From Lachnospiraceae bacterium (GTDB lineage: Bacteria > Bacillota > Clostridia > Lachnospirales > Lachnospiraceae): a DNA stretch of 64,000 nt. How positions within the stretch are numbered: the first letter of the stretch is position 1; every line of letters starts with the position of its first letter. This document shows, one piece after another, positions 1 through 10,612 of this stretch. The notes under the pieces are model-generated. The model saw nothing but the letters and a program-made list of their open reading frames with translations. It did not search any database and had not been told where the DNA came from. The translations under genes were made by a program, and so were the position numbers. Location of the stretch: positions 20,891 to 84,890 of the forward strand of contig JAFTWX010000045.1 of the NCBI GenBank assembly GCA_017465095.1. The letters are read 5' to 3'.

Positions 1-330
1 AATTCCCTAATCATGCTTCACGGCAAATTTGTAAAGTCCGGCAATGACATTGGACGGCAAAATTTTCTGATATACAATCTCTCCCGTCCGGCAATTGATG
101 ATCCTTCCGCCGTTAAAGGAAAGCAAATATCCGCCGTATTTTTCCAGCTCAAGCTCCTCCGCATACCGGCGCATTCCCGGTGTCGGGCGTCCGGATGCAA
201 GGATTACCTTATGGCCTCTTTCCATAATATTTATAATCCCCGCCTTTGTCTGCGGTGTAATTTCCTTTTGGGAATTGGTCAATGTTCCGTCTATATCCAG
301 TACAAGTATTTTTGTATCTTTATCTCTCAT
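1..330 (-). CDS. HAD-superfamily Cof-type phosphatase, truncated by the left window edge
   Basis: ORF 7..330 opens MRDKDTKILVLDIDGTLTN, which contains the DxDGT nucleophile motif. The frame runs off the window edge without a stop. Confidence 0.75.
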
Positions 331-551
331 GTTCTTTCTCCGTATTTTTTGTGTATTTGCATTTTATTTCTCTTCTTTTTTATCACCGCTGCTCATATCT
401 GTCAATTCCTTTCCGCCACAGCATTTTATAAAGTGATTTCACGGATTGTACCTTTCCGAAATTTTACATATATGGTATGATATTGGGGAGCGGTGGTAAA
501 ATATAGTGTATCATCGTTTGAGAAGGAAAACTATGTAGTGAGGTTAAAGTT

Positions 552-1217
552 ATGAAATATCATTTTTTAGGAAAAGTCGTTTTTGAAGACGGCTCTTATC
601 TGATTAAGATTCCGTTTAATGTTTGGGAAGTGTGTACCGGTCAGGGAAGCTTTCCGGTTGAGGTAGTTGCCGAAGGAAAAGAGTTTACCTGTGACCTGGT
701 ACCTCTCGGAAAAGGTCTTTACAATATCCCGTTGACAGACGATCTTGCCAATGCACTTCCGGAAATGTGTGATGTCACATTCCGTGTTGTGGAACATGTG
801 GCCAATGTGAGTGGCAGCAGTCCGTATTCTTTGGAAAATCCAATCCGCAAGGTGGACAGCATGAAGCTGATTACACAGCCAAACGACGGTCTCTGCGGCC
901 AGACCTGCATCGCCATGCTTGCAGGTATTACACTTGATGAAGCGTGCGAAATCATGCACTGTCGCGATTGGCAGGCCAATATGGGGCGTATGATTATTTC
1001 TCTCGACTATCTCGGAATCTCCCATGCAGATACGATTGAATACGCAAGCGGAGACGCTGTACAGTTTCCGAAATGTGCGATTCTGATGGAAAAAATGGGA
1101 CGATTCAGCCACTACCTTGTATGGTATGACGGAACCTATTTTGATCCGACAGAAGGTATTTTGGAAGAATTCGACAAGAATAATTTAGTCGGTTATTTAG
1201 AAATTAAAACGTTTTAA
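552..1217 (+). CDS. Two-domain protein: DUF1905-like N-terminus fused to a papain-fold, C39-like cysteine peptidase domain
   Basis: GTGAGG RBS precedes the ATG. The N-terminus (GSYLIKIPFNVWEV...FPVEVVAEGKEFTCDLVPLGKGLYNIPL) fits the DUF1905 pattern. The C-terminus has Q-x5-CGQTCIAML followed by SHYLVWYDGTYFDP, a Gln/Cys...His...Asp order as in C39-like peptidases. Confidence 0.55.
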   Translation: MKYHFLGKVVFEDGSYLIKIPFNVWEVCTGQGSFPVEVVAEGKEFTCDLVPLGKGLYNIPLTDDLANALPEMCDVTFRVVEHVANVSGSSPYSLENPIRKVDSMKLITQPNDGLCGQTCIAMLAGITLDEACEIMHCRDWQANMGRMIISLDYLGISHADTIEYASGDAVQFPKCAILMEKMGRFSHYLVWYDGTYFDPTEGILEEFDKNNLVGYLEIKTF

Positions 1218-1241
1218 TTTTCAATCTACGGGGGATTACCA

Positions 1242-2288
1242 ATGAAAAAACACGTTAAACTTTTATTATTTATCTTTTCGTTTACTTTATTCTTTTTCCA
1301 GACAATTCCTGTTTTGGCAGCAAGTCCCAAGCTGACCTGCAAAGAATTATCTTTGTTGCCGGGTGAAACATTTACTCTCCGGGTACAAAACACGTCCAAA
1401 ACAGTCAAATGGACTTCCGGCAAGAAAAAAGTAGCTACCGTTAACGCTTATGGCGAAGTTACAGCCGTTGCTCCGGGAAAAGCTACCATTACTGCCAAAG
1501 TCGGCAAAAAGAAATACAAATGTGTTGTGACCGTTCAGGATACGGTTGATGTTATTGTTTTTGCCGGACAGAGCAATATGACAGGCGTCGGCGACGCAAG
1601 TCAGGCACTGAAACTTACTCCGGGAGCCGGATATGCTTACAATTATATAACCAACCGTGAAAATTTCTCTGTATTGAAAGAACCTTTTGGATACAAACAG
1701 GATGACGGCTACTTTATGAATGCAGACTATTGCCGTGGTTCCATGGTGACAGCCTTCGTCAACAAATATTATGAACAGACAAAAACTCCTGTCATCGCTG
1801 TTCCGGCTTCCTGTGTGGGCTCCGGAAGCGTATCTTGGAAAGAATTCCGATATAAAGGGGTCATTGAACGATTGAATGCAGCCATTGAAGTGGCAGAAGC
1901 CAAAAATCTGAATGTCGGACATGTTTACATGGTGTGGATGCAAGGTGAAAACGACGCGTTTGCCGATATGAAGGCAAGCACACATAAGAAAAATCTCACC
2001 AAGATGTACAGCAAAATCAAGAAAAAAACACCAGTAGAACAGTGTATGGTTATCAGCATTGCCAACTACACGCGCGGTAAATCCATGGCCAAGAAGTTTA
2101 AACGCATACAAAAAGCACAGAAAGATCTGTGCAAATCAAATAAAAACTTTACTATGTTGACAACAAAAGCAACTCAGCTTTCCGATTCCTATTTTCAGGA
2201 AGACGGAATTCATATCATCCAGAAAGGTTTAAATACCATCGGAAGATACGCCGGAAAGGCAGCCGGAAAATATGCTAATTCCCATTAA
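1242..2288 (+). CDS. Secreted Big_2 (Ig-like) domain plus sialate O-acetylesterase-like (SASA/SGNH-type) carbohydrate esterase
   Basis: Signal peptide MKKHVKLLLFIFSFTLFFFQTIPVLAA. A Big_2-like segment follows (LLPGETFTLRV...KWTSGKKKVATVNAYGEVTAVAPGKATITAKV). The hallmark VIVFAGQSNMTG motif is present. Confidence 0.7.
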   Translation: MKKHVKLLLFIFSFTLFFFQTIPVLAASPKLTCKELSLLPGETFTLRVQNTSKTVKWTSGKKKVATVNAYGEVTAVAPGKATITAKVGKKKYKCVVTVQDTVDVIVFAGQSNMTGVGDASQALKLTPGAGYAYNYITNRENFSVLKEPFGYKQDDGYFMNADYCRGSMVTAFVNKYYEQTKTPVIAVPASCVGSGSVSWKEFRYKGVIERLNAAIEVAEAKNLNVGHVYMVWMQGENDAFADMKASTHKKNLTKMYSKIKKKTPVEQCMVISIANYTRGKSMAKKFKRIQKAQKDLCKSNKNFTMLTTKATQLSDSYFQEDGIHIIQKGLNTIGRYAGKAAGKYANSH

Positions 2289-2535
2289 CATATTTTTCCT
2301 GATACAATGAATTTAGCCAGTTTACGGCTTCCTCCTTACCTTCAACGGTAAGGGGGAAGCTTTTTTTATCCATCGTTTCTTTATCGGCCTTTGAATAACA
2401 AAGGGGCTCCGGCCATGCAAAAACTTCCATCTCTTCTCCGCTGAACTTGCGGAACATATAGCGCATTCCCTGATATCCCCCTGTGTACTCCACTTTCTTA
2501 ATATATGCTATAGAAATTCGATTTGACTCGATCAT
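2275..2535 (-). CDS. Small hypothetical protein (86 aa) translationally coupled to glpK
   Basis: An internal ATG of ORF 2275..2652 overlaps the glpK stop (TAATG). No family was recognised. Its 3' half is encoded across the plus-strand terminator hairpin, so the call is uncertain. Confidence 0.35.
   Translation of the reverse strand: MIESNRISIAYIKKVEYTGGYQGMRYMFRKFSGEEMEVFAWPEPLCYSKADKETMDKKSFPLTVEGKEEAVNWLNSLYQEKYVNGN
2327..2367 (+). terminator. Rho-independent terminator of the esterase gene
   Basis: The stem gcttcctccttacc / ggtaagggggaagc is 14 bp with one G-U pair. The loop is ttcaac and the T7 run is at 2361-2367, 38 nt after the stop codon. Confidence 0.75.
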
Positions 2536-4055
2536 TATTCTTCCTCCTGCGCCCAGAAAATTGCTGTGCGAACAGCCTTTTTCCACCCTTTTCTGCGCGT
2601 TTCGCTCTCCTTCGCATCCATGGCCGGATGAAATTCTCTCTCCAGCTGCCAATTTTCTTTGATCTCCTGCTTATCCTTCCAGTAACCTACTGCTAACCCG
2701 GCCAAATAAGCTGCTCCCAGTGCTGTCGTCTCTATGCATTTCGGTCTCATAACCTTGCTTCCCAGAATATCTGCCTGAAATTGCATAAGAAAATCATTTG
2801 CACTCGCTCCGCCGTCCACTTTTACCTGCGACAGAGAAAGCTTTGCATCCTGCTCCATAGCTCTGATTACGTCGTCCGTCTGATACGCAATAGATTCAAG
2901 CGTTGCACGCACAAAATGTTCCTTTTTACAGCCTCCGGTAATTCCCACCATCATACCTCTCGCATGAGGATTCCAGTATGGGGCTCCAAGTCCCGCAAAA
3001 GCCGGTACCAGATAAACACCCTTTGTATCCGGAACGCTCTCACAAAGCTGCTGTGTCTGTGGTGCTTTTTCTATCATTTCAATACCGTCACGAAGCCACT
3101 GAACGGCTGCTCCCGCCACGAAAACACTTCCCTCCAGCGCATACTCCACATCACCGCTGAGATTGTCATCACCGGCGCGTCCTGCTGCTATCGTGGTCAA
3201 AAGCCCCTCCTTGGATTGCACTGCCTGCGTTCCTGTATTCATCAGAAGAAAACAGCCTGTCCCATATGTATTTTTGACATCTCCTTTGTCAAAAGCACAC
3301 TGGCCGAAAAGCGCTGCCTGCTGGTCTCCCGCCGCACCTGCAATCGGAATATTCTCTCCCAGAGAACCAAGGTTTGCATGTCCGTATACACAGCTGCTCG
3401 GTTTTACCTGCGGAAGCATCTCTTCCGGGATACGGAAGTAGTCCAATATTTTCTTATCCCAAGTAAGCCCGTGGATATCGAAAAGCATGGTACGGGACGC
3501 ATTGGTATAATCCGTAACATGTACGTTGCCTTTTGTCAGATTGTAAATAAGCCACGTATCCACCGTGCCAAATAAGAGTTCTCCCTTTTCTGCACGCTGT
3601 CTTGCTCCTTCTACATGATCCAGAATCCATGCAATCTTCGAAGCAGAAAAGTAAGCATCCGGTATCAATCCGGTTTTTTCCGTAATATAAGAACAGAGCT
3701 CCGGGTCTTCCTCTTTCATCCGGTCAATCTGCTCCGCCGTACGGCGACATTGCCATACGATAGCATTGTATATCGGTTCCCCGGTTGCTTTCTCCCATAC
3801 TATCGTTGTCTCCCGCTGGTTGGTGATACCGATGGCCTCTATACGCTCCTCCTCGGAGAGAAGTGCCATTGCTTCCGCCATAACCCCATACTGGGAAGAC
3901 CAGATTTCCTTCGGATCGTGCTCCACCCAGCCCGGCTTAGGATAAATCTGCGTATATTCTTTTTGTGCTTTTGCACGGATATTTCCCTGCTTGTCAAACA
4001 AAATACAGCGGGAACTCGTGGTCCCCTGATCCAGTGCCATTACATATTTTTTCAT
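2535..4055 (-). CDS. glpK: Glycerol kinase
   Basis: 506 aa. The N-terminus [21 protein letters not shown] is typical of the FGGY kinase family, and the whole length looks like GlpK (…[11 protein letters not shown]…GITNQRETT…). Confidence 0.95.
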   Translation of the reverse strand: MKKYVMALDQGTTSSRCILFDKQGNIRAKAQKEYTQIYPKPGWVEHDPKEIWSSQYGVMAEAMALLSEEERIEAIGITNQRETTIVWEKATGEPIYNAIVWQCRRTAEQIDRMKEEDPELCSYITEKTGLIPDAYFSASKIAWILDHVEGARQRAEKGELLFGTVDTWLIYNLTKGNVHVTDYTNASRTMLFDIHGLTWDKKILDYFRIPEEMLPQVKPSSCVYGHANLGSLGENIPIAGAAGDQQAALFGQCAFDKGDVKNTYGTGCFLLMNTGTQAVQSKEGLLTTIAAGRAGDDNLSGDVEYALEGSVFVAGAAVQWLRDGIEMIEKAPQTQQLCESVPDTKGVYLVPAFAGLGAPYWNPHARGMMVGITGGCKKEHFVRATLESIAYQTDDVIRAMEQDAKLSLSQVKVDGGASANDFLMQFQADILGSKVMRPKCIETTALGAAYLAGLAVGYWKDKQEIKENWQLEREFHPAMDAKESETRRKGWKKAVRTAIFWAQEEE

Positions 4056-4056
4056 T

Positions 4057-5859
4057 TTATACCACTCCCGTAATCTCTTTCAGCCATCTGCGCTCATCCG
4101 CATCCAGCTCATCGGCCAACTCCTCGTACACGCTCCGATGGTAAGCCGACAACAACTCCCTGTCTCTCTCCGTCAACATTGTCTCATCGATAGCTTCCGG
4201 CTCAAAAGGAACCAATGTCAGCGGTTCAAATCTCAAAAACTGTCCGTATTCCGTCTCCCTATCCTTTACGCAAAGAATAAGATTCTCCAAACGGATTCCA
4301 TAGGAACCTTCCAAATAAAATCCCGGTTCGTCAGAGGTAACCATACCCTCCTCAAAAATTCCTTCCTTCTCCTGTCGCATGCGGAATGCATCGGGACCTT
4401 CGTGCACATTCAAAAGATAACCGACCCCATGTCCCGTTCCATGATTAAAATCGAGCCCCAAGCGGTAAAGCGGTTCTCTTGCCAGATAGTCTAAGTTAGC
4501 ACCCATTAACCCTTTTTTAAACCGGGCATCCATCAGTCTCAGATTCCCCAAAAGCACCGCTGTATAATGCTTTTTCTGCTCGCCTGTCAGCTCGCCCATA
4601 GCAATTGTTCTTGTAATATCTGTTGTCCCTTCCGGATAGTGTCCGCCGGTATCCAAAAGGAAAAAGTTGCTGCTTTCTAATTTTACATCCGACTCTTCAT
4701 CCGCACTGTAATGAACAATGGCACCGTGGGCTCCGTACGCAGCAATCGGCGCAAAACTCGGTCCGATATAACCGTCCTGTTCTTTGCGGAATTCTTCCAG
4801 CTTTTCCGCCGCCGTCATCTCTGTGGCAGTCTCCATTCCGGTACAAACTCTCGTTTTCAACCAGTAAATAAATTTTGTAACTGCAACCGCGTCCTTTCGA
4901 TGCGCATTTTTTATATTTCGAATCTCTGTCTCATTTTTTACTGCCTTGCGGAGCATTACGGGATTCTTACAGGTTATCTTTTTGCATCCTTTCGGAATGC
5001 CGGTTAGCACACGATAACTTGCACTTTCCTCATCCACCCAAACGGTTTCTCCTTCCGCCAGACATGTAAGATCCTTATAAAAATCATCATAAGACTTTTT
5101 CATAATACCGCAATTCTGCAGATAACTGCAGATGGTCTCATCCGCACCTTTGCTGTATAAAACTGCTCCGGTACCGGTTATCATCAGATAGGATAAAAAA
5201 ACCGGATTGTATGCAATATCATTTCCCCGCAAATTGGTCAGCCACGCAATATCATCCAGCGTAGTCAGCACAAGACAATCTGCGCCTTTTTTCGACATGT
5301 CTTCCCGAATTAGGGACAGCTTACTTTTTGCATCCTTTCCGGAATATTTTTCTTCCAGAATCCACAACGGATTCCCCGGAAAATCCGGACGTTTTTCCTC
5401 TTCATCGCCGTCCCAAATCTGTCCGGCCAAATCTTCCTCACAACACAAAGAATAGTTTCCCAATTTATTCACAAAAGAAGCGCTGACCATACGTCCGTCA
5501 AATCCAATGGTTTTTCCTTCCGCCTGACTGCTTTTTTCCATATAAGTATTCACATATTCCGCAACGGTCGGGACATTTTTCTCTCCCATTTTCTGAAGCA
5601 TAATCCCTGTTTTCGCAAGCTGGGCATCTGCCTGGACAAAATATCTTCCGTCGGTCCACAGGCACGTTTCTTCCTCTGTCACTACGAGGGTTCCTGCAGA
5701 TCCGGTAAATCCTGAGAAATAGCGGATTAGCTTAAAATAATCCCCGATGTATTCCGATCCGTGAAAATCGTTCATCGGAATAATATATACGGCGATATTT
5801 CTCTCCTTCATGCTCTCTTTTAACTGCTGCAACCGCTGCTTTATCTTTTCTTTTTCCAT
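4057..5859 (-). CDS. Xaa-Pro aminopeptidase (M24 family, creatinase-like N-terminal domain)
   Basis: 600 aa. The C-terminal [17 protein letters not shown] and EPGFY motifs mark the M24 metallopeptidase fold. A 1-nt gap separates it from glpK, implying an operon. Confidence 0.85.
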   Translation of the reverse strand: MEKEKIKQRLQQLKESMKERNIAVYIIPMNDFHGSEYIGDYFKLIRYFSGFTGSAGTLVVTEEETCLWTDGRYFVQADAQLAKTGIMLQKMGEKNVPTVAEYVNTYMEKSSQAEGKTIGFDGRMVSASFVNKLGNYSLCCEEDLAGQIWDGDEEEKRPDFPGNPLWILEEKYSGKDAKSKLSLIREDMSKKGADCLVLTTLDDIAWLTNLRGNDIAYNPVFLSYLMITGTGAVLYSKGADETICSYLQNCGIMKKSYDDFYKDLTCLAEGETVWVDEESASYRVLTGIPKGCKKITCKNPVMLRKAVKNETEIRNIKNAHRKDAVAVTKFIYWLKTRVCTGMETATEMTAAEKLEEFRKEQDGYIGPSFAPIAAYGAHGAIVHYSADEESDVKLESSNFFLLDTGGHYPEGTTDITRTIAMGELTGEQKKHYTAVLLGNLRLMDARFKKGLMGANLDYLAREPLYRLGLDFNHGTGHGVGYLLNVHEGPDAFRMRQEKEGIFEEGMVTSDEPGFYLEGSYGIRLENLILCVKDRETEYGQFLRFEPLTLVPFEPEAIDETMLTERDRELLSAYHRSVYEELADELDADERRWLKEITGVV

Positions 5860-5873
5860 GTTTATTCTTCCTT

Positions 5874-7502
5874 CTAAAGCAGATGTAATTTCTTTGCCAT
5901 TCGCACAATCATTGCGCCCTTCGGTATATGAACAAGCTCCTCCTCCGACAGCGCACCTGTCTTAATCACAAGTGTAAAATACAGGATTACCGCCACAAAA
6001 ATAGCCGGAAGCAACGCAATAACGTTAACCGGAACTAACATATAAACTACCTTGTAAACATAGTAAGCTGCCACTCCCATGACCGCAGCAGAAAGAATCG
6101 GTTTCAAAAAAGTCTTAACCATTTCCTGGCGATAACCCAGCGCCTTTCGCACGGCAATATTGTTCAAAAGACACATCAAGAACGAGTATACTACCATGGC
6201 AACAGCCAGGGCATAGAGCGACAAATCCGTATATGCCAGCAAAAGCACGAGAACTACCGTCTGCACAATCAGTGCTGCAGCCGCATTAATCACCGGTGTA
6301 TTGACCTTTCCGATACCCTGAAGCACCGCATTGGTCAGCGTGGAAAGCGCATAAAAAATAATGGACATACTGATGGCGCGCAGAAGCGCGGAAGCCAGCA
6401 AAAGCGATTCCTTTTGCGGGAACAAAAGCTCTGTGATCGGCTGCGCCAACGCAAGCATACCAAATGCACACGGAATAGAAATCAGCATCGTTGTCTGCAC
6501 GGCCACATGTACCTGATGGCGCGACCGCTCTCTGTCTCCCTGCGCATAAGATGCGGAAATACTCGGAATCATAGCAGCTGACATGGAAGATGCAATCGCA
6601 ATCGGAATGTTGGAAATCACCACCGCTTTTCCTGCAAAAACACCGTAATTAACAGCGATTTCCGCCTCCGCCATATGCATGACATACATACAAACCTTCG
6701 TATAAATCGTCTGATTGAGAGACGTTGAAAAATTGTAAATAAACGTACTTAAAATGAACGGTGTCACCATTCCGAAGATAATACCGAAAATCTGTCCGTA
6801 GGAGAGCTCGTCATGTTTCACATCGCTTCGGACTCTCTTCATAATCAGCTTCCGGTTCAGTCCGTAAATACCCCACATGAACAACAGCGCAATCAACACA
6901 CCGCTTCCGGTTCCGAGTGCACTTCCGACAGCTCCGTAGATGGCCCGGGTCGTCTCACTCTGCGAAAGCACAGTCTGAATCAAAAGATGTGCTGCCAGCA
7001 AGCTTACAACCGCATTCAGTATCTGCTCCAATATCTGGGAAACCGAGGTCTGCACCATAGTCCGATGCGCCTGGAAATATCCGCGCAATACTCCGAGAAG
7101 ACCGGAGAGAAAAATAGTCGGTGCAAACACCTGAAGTACAACCTTTGAGTTGTCTTCCACTAACAATCCGGCTCCGAAAAACGTAAACAGACTGGCAATT
7201 CCGCCGACTACCACCACATATATGAGGGCACAATGGAAAATACGGTGCGCATTCCGATACTCCCGAAGAGCCAGTCTCTGCGCAATCACTTTAGAGATTG
7301 CCGACGGAATACTGTAGGAAGAAATCAAAAGAATGATGGTATAGATATTGTAAGCGCTGCTATAATATCCGTTTCCTTCATCGCCGATAATTCCTGTCAG
7401 CGGGGAACGATATAAAATTCCGATGATACGGACAATGATTCCTGCCATAGCCAAAATGCCGGCCTGCATCACAAATCCGTCTTTTCTGCTATTCTGACTC
7501 AT
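5874..7502 (-). CDS. MOP-superfamily polysaccharide/lipid-linked oligosaccharide flippase (SpoVB/YtgP/MurJ-like)
   Basis: 542 aa and polytopic. The N-terminus GILAMAGIIVRIIGILYRSPLTGIIGDEGNGYYSSAYNIY is characteristic of this family. Confidence 0.8.
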   Translation of the reverse strand: MSQNSRKDGFVMQAGILAMAGIIVRIIGILYRSPLTGIIGDEGNGYYSSAYNIYTIILLISSYSIPSAISKVIAQRLALREYRNAHRIFHCALIYVVVVGGIASLFTFFGAGLLVEDNSKVVLQVFAPTIFLSGLLGVLRGYFQAHRTMVQTSVSQILEQILNAVVSLLAAHLLIQTVLSQSETTRAIYGAVGSALGTGSGVLIALLFMWGIYGLNRKLIMKRVRSDVKHDELSYGQIFGIIFGMVTPFILSTFIYNFSTSLNQTIYTKVCMYVMHMAEAEIAVNYGVFAGKAVVISNIPIAIASSMSAAMIPSISASYAQGDRERSRHQVHVAVQTTMLISIPCAFGMLALAQPITELLFPQKESLLLASALLRAISMSIIFYALSTLTNAVLQGIGKVNTPVINAAAALIVQTVVLVLLLAYTDLSLYALAVAMVVYSFLMCLLNNIAVRKALGYRQEMVKTFLKPILSAAVMGVAAYYVYKVVYMLVPVNVIALLPAIFVAVILYFTLVIKTGALSEEELVHIPKGAMIVRMAKKLHLL

Positions 7503-7541
7503 AATTATCTCCCGTCAGTCTGATGAATTGCTTTATCTGCC

Positions 7542-9383
7542 TTATGGCAGATCTTTCAAAATTTCTTCCAACATATATACCCGGTTAAACGGTACGGAAA
7601 AGTAATATCCGTCTGCAAAATCTTCCGTAATCCGCATAATTTCTTTTGCCAGTGCGATACCGGCCGCTTCCCCTTCCTCGCGGGTTTTTGCATCCCGATA
7701 GCGAAGCACAATCTCATCTGTCACCTTCATGCCGGTCATCTCATTTTTAATAAAACAAGCGTTTTTGTAGCTGACCAGAGGCATAATTCCGCACAGAATC
7801 CTTGCCCCCGTCTCCTCCTTCATGCGACGCAATATCTCTGCTTCCTCCGGCGTAAAAACAGGCTGTGTCAGGAAAAATTCCGCACCCTGTTCCATTTTCT
7901 TCCGGATACGCCCGATCTCAACCTCCGGATTGAGACGATTCTGGTTAATCGCTCCTCCGTAATGCATCCTATCATCTTCAAAAGACTCTTTGTTCATCTC
8001 TTTCACAAGCTTCATGAGCCCTACCGAATCAAAGTTAAATACCCCTTTGATATCGGCTCTCACCATCGTCGGCACCGGATCTCCGGTAATAATCAGCAGA
8101 TTGCGAATATCACTTAAGTAAGCCCCGAGTAACTGTGACCGGATTCCGATGGCGTTTTTATCCCGGCAGCAGATATGCGGCATAACACAAAGACCAGTCT
8201 CACGACCGACTTTTGCTGCCATAAGAACGGAGTCCGCTCTCGTTCTTCCGGACGGGGAATCCGGAAATGTAACCACATCCACGCTGAATTTCTTCAACAA
8301 ATGTGCTGCGTCCATAAGCTTTTCATCCTGCGCTGTCGGCGGAGGTGACAACTCCACGGCAATGAGTTTTTTATCTTTGCGAAACCATTGCTCTTTTGCC
8401 GGAAGAATTTTACTTGCCCGCTCCTTTTCCTGCGCAGTTTCACGATGATTATATGCTTTTTTCCCCCTGCTTCCGATTGGTGCTGCACCGGATTTTTCCG
8501 ATTCCGTAAGCACAGCTGCAATTTTCCGGATATAATCCGGATTGGTTCCGCAGCATCCGCCCACGATGTCGGCGCCCATATCTTTTATATCCGAAAGCTT
8601 TTGTGCAAAATAGTCCACATTTTCCAAAAAGACTATTCTGTCCTGAATTATCTTTGGATAACTTGCATTGGGAAGGGCAGAAAAAAATACGTCTTTCGTA
8701 AGCTCCAGCTTACTTAATATCTGCGCCATATGTCCCGGACCTACGCCACAGTTCAATCCGACTGCATCGATATCTCCTCCGGCCGCAGCCTCCGACAGAA
8801 GCGTTTTTGCGCTGATTCCCGCGTTACTGTAGCCTAACTGATTTACGGAAAATTGTACCCATATAAAAATATCACTTTCCCGGCGAAGTTCTCTCGCCAC
8901 CGAAAGAACCATATCCGTATCGGAAAAGGTTTCAAACAAAATTGCATCCGCCCCAAGGGAGATAAATTGGCGGGCAAGGGAAAGATATTCCTCCCGCAGC
9001 TGCTCTTCCTCCTCATAGGCTCCCGGCGTAATCGGCCCGATATCTCCGGCAACAAACGCCGCATCACCCGCCGCTTCCTTTGCCAGAAGAAATCCGCACT
9101 TTGCGTTTTCCAGCACTGCTTCCTTATCACATCCCAGTGTTTTCGTGTTGCTGGCAAAGGTGTTTGTGCGGATCAGCTTTGCCCCTGCATCCAGATACGC
9201 TCTGTGCACCTGTTTTACCAGCTCCGGTGCCTGGGTATTGGCCCGCTCCGGAAACATTCCTCCCGGACATAAGGTAGAAAAATAAGTGCCGAACGCACCG
9301 TCCGAAATAAGTGTATGTTCTTTTAAGTATTCCCGTATTGTCTGTTTCAATCGTACTCTCTTTTCTTTATAAAATAGTTTCAA
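7542..9383 (-). CDS. Bifunctional homocysteine S-methyltransferase / methylenetetrahydrofolate reductase (YitJ-like)
   Basis: The N-terminal domain has LISDGAFGTYF and the GGCCGTNPDYI zinc-site motif. The C-terminal MTHFR domain has ELSPP and FFLTQPVF. The annotated start is TTG and overlaps the upstream HAD gene by 17 nt. An alternative TTG at 9350 would avoid the overlap. Confidence 0.85.
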   Translation of the reverse strand: MKLFYKEKRVRLKQTIREYLKEHTLISDGAFGTYFSTLCPGGMFPERANTQAPELVKQVHRAYLDAGAKLIRTNTFASNTKTLGCDKEAVLENAKCGFLLAKEAAGDAAFVAGDIGPITPGAYEEEEQLREEYLSLARQFISLGADAILFETFSDTDMVLSVARELRRESDIFIWVQFSVNQLGYSNAGISAKTLLSEAAAGGDIDAVGLNCGVGPGHMAQILSKLELTKDVFFSALPNASYPKIIQDRIVFLENVDYFAQKLSDIKDMGADIVGGCCGTNPDYIRKIAAVLTESEKSGAAPIGSRGKKAYNHRETAQEKERASKILPAKEQWFRKDKKLIAVELSPPPTAQDEKLMDAAHLLKKFSVDVVTFPDSPSGRTRADSVLMAAKVGRETGLCVMPHICCRDKNAIGIRSQLLGAYLSDIRNLLIITGDPVPTMVRADIKGVFNFDSVGLMKLVKEMNKESFEDDRMHYGGAINQNRLNPEVEIGRIRKKMEQGAEFFLTQPVFTPEEAEILRRMKEETGARILCGIMPLVSYKNACFIKNEMTGMKVTDEIVLRYRDAKTREEGEAAGIALAKEIMRITEDFADGYYFSVPFNRVYMLEEILKDLP

Positions 9384-9999
9384 TCACATCCGCCAGCTCC
9401 GGCAAAGACTGTATCCGATATTGCGCCTGCGGAACTTCCCCAAAACCATACGCAGCATGTACAAACGTAAAACCGGCTTTTGTTGCCGAAAGGTAATCCC
9501 CGAGCACATCTCCCACATAAATTGCTTTTTCTAAATGGTTGCGCTCCGCTACCAGACGGATATTTGCATCCTTTTCCTGCTTTGTATTTCCAAAACATTC
9601 AAAGTCATCAAAGTATTTTTCTAATTCGTGATATTTCAAAAATGCTTCTATGTAACCGCTCTGACAGTTGCTTACAATCGCCATAAAATAATCCTCCGAC
9701 AACTGCGCAAGCACTTCCCGAAGCTGTGGATACAAAATACCTCCCACCTGCTCCAAGTACGCATTTTCATAATCCATGCACGCCTGTAAAATGGAAAGTG
9801 CCCGCTCACGGCTCACCGTGTCAAAGTAAGTATATGCAATATCGTCCATGGTCTTTCCCATGAGCGACTCCATATCCTCCACCGTAATACGCTTGTGAAA
9901 ATCCGGCATTTTGTCGATTACTACATTCCATGAATCTACCACCGCCTGTGCACTGTCCCAAAGTGTTCCGTCAAGATCAAATAAAATTCCTTTTTTCAT
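9367..9999 (-). CDS. HAD-family hydrolase (phosphoglycolate phosphatase-like)
   Basis: MKKGILFDLDGTLWDS carries the DxDGT motif, and the C-terminal YVGDVLGDY region matches motif III. Confidence 0.8.
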   Translation of the reverse strand: MKKGILFDLDGTLWDSAQAVVDSWNVVIDKMPDFHKRITVEDMESLMGKTMDDIAYTYFDTVSRERALSILQACMDYENAYLEQVGGILYPQLREVLAQLSEDYFMAIVSNCQSGYIEAFLKYHELEKYFDDFECFGNTKQEKDANIRLVAERNHLEKAIYVGDVLGDYLSATKAGFTFVHAAYGFGEVPQAQYRIQSLPELADVIETIL

Positions 10000-10022
10000 T
10001 GTATATTTTCCCTTTCTGACGG

Positions 10023-10469
10023 TTACTCATCCTCTTTTTTCGGGCGAAGGTACACCATATGATACTCTACTTCACCGATATCCTCATTCACCTGCTCGTC
10101 AATTTTCATAAAATGCTTATTTTCATAAAAACAGACCGCGCCGTAATTATTTTCAAACACGTGAAGTTCTATCTTTTCATAAATCTCGGAAACATAACGC
10201 AAAAGCTTCGTACCGATGCCCTGTCCCCGATAGTCCTTATCCACAAAAAGGCCCTGTATGTAGCCTTCTTCCACGCCGACAAACCCGGCCACATAACCGT
10301 CGATCTCATATACATATACTTCTGAGCGGGGCAATAATCTTGACACAAATCCAAAATTTCTGTCCCAATAGGAAGAATCCACGAAATCATGCGCCTCTAA
10401 ATTTCCGTCATACCAGATCTTCATGACCCTTTTTAAATCCATATCATAGAAATTACGAATAAATTCCAT
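10023..10469 (-). CDS. GNAT-family N-acetyltransferase
   Basis: 148 aa. The acetyl-CoA binding motif is present in LFVDKDYRGQGIGTKLL. Confidence 0.8.
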   Translation of the reverse strand: MEFIRNFYDMDLKRVMKIWYDGNLEAHDFVDSSYWDRNFGFVSRLLPRSEVYVYEIDGYVAGFVGVEEGYIQGLFVDKDYRGQGIGTKLLRYVSEIYEKIELHVFENNYGAVCFYENKHFMKIDEQVNEDIGEVEYHMVYLRPKKEDE

Positions 10470-10612
10470 AAAAAAGACCCCATTTTTCCATTTTTATCTA
10501 TCATACCATAAGAATGGAAAAAACCCTATTTTTTTTCGTAACTTTTACGGAAATGGTGTAGTCTATATATATGAAATCGATTTTACACCCCAAGAGAAAG
10601 GTATGATGTCAT

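Noticed and set aside
1347-2111. A 254-aa minus-strand ORF overlaps the esterase gene, and similar antisense ORFs at 2781..3575 and 567..1112 overlap other genes.
   Set aside because: They oppose genes with clear family motifs and lack any recognisable motif or RBS.
9384-10612. I looked for a SAM (S-box) riboswitch upstream of the YitJ-like methionine-pathway gene.
   Set aside because: The gene directly abuts or overlaps the upstream HAD gene, so there is no leader. No S-box-like conserved helices were visible in the 10470-10612 promoter region either.
10470-10612. I looked for an autoregulatory ECF promoter (AAC … CGT type) upstream of the sigma gene.
   Set aside because: The only candidate (ggaaaaaacc…cgtaac) has the wrong spacing for a -35/-10 pair, so it is not supportable by eye.
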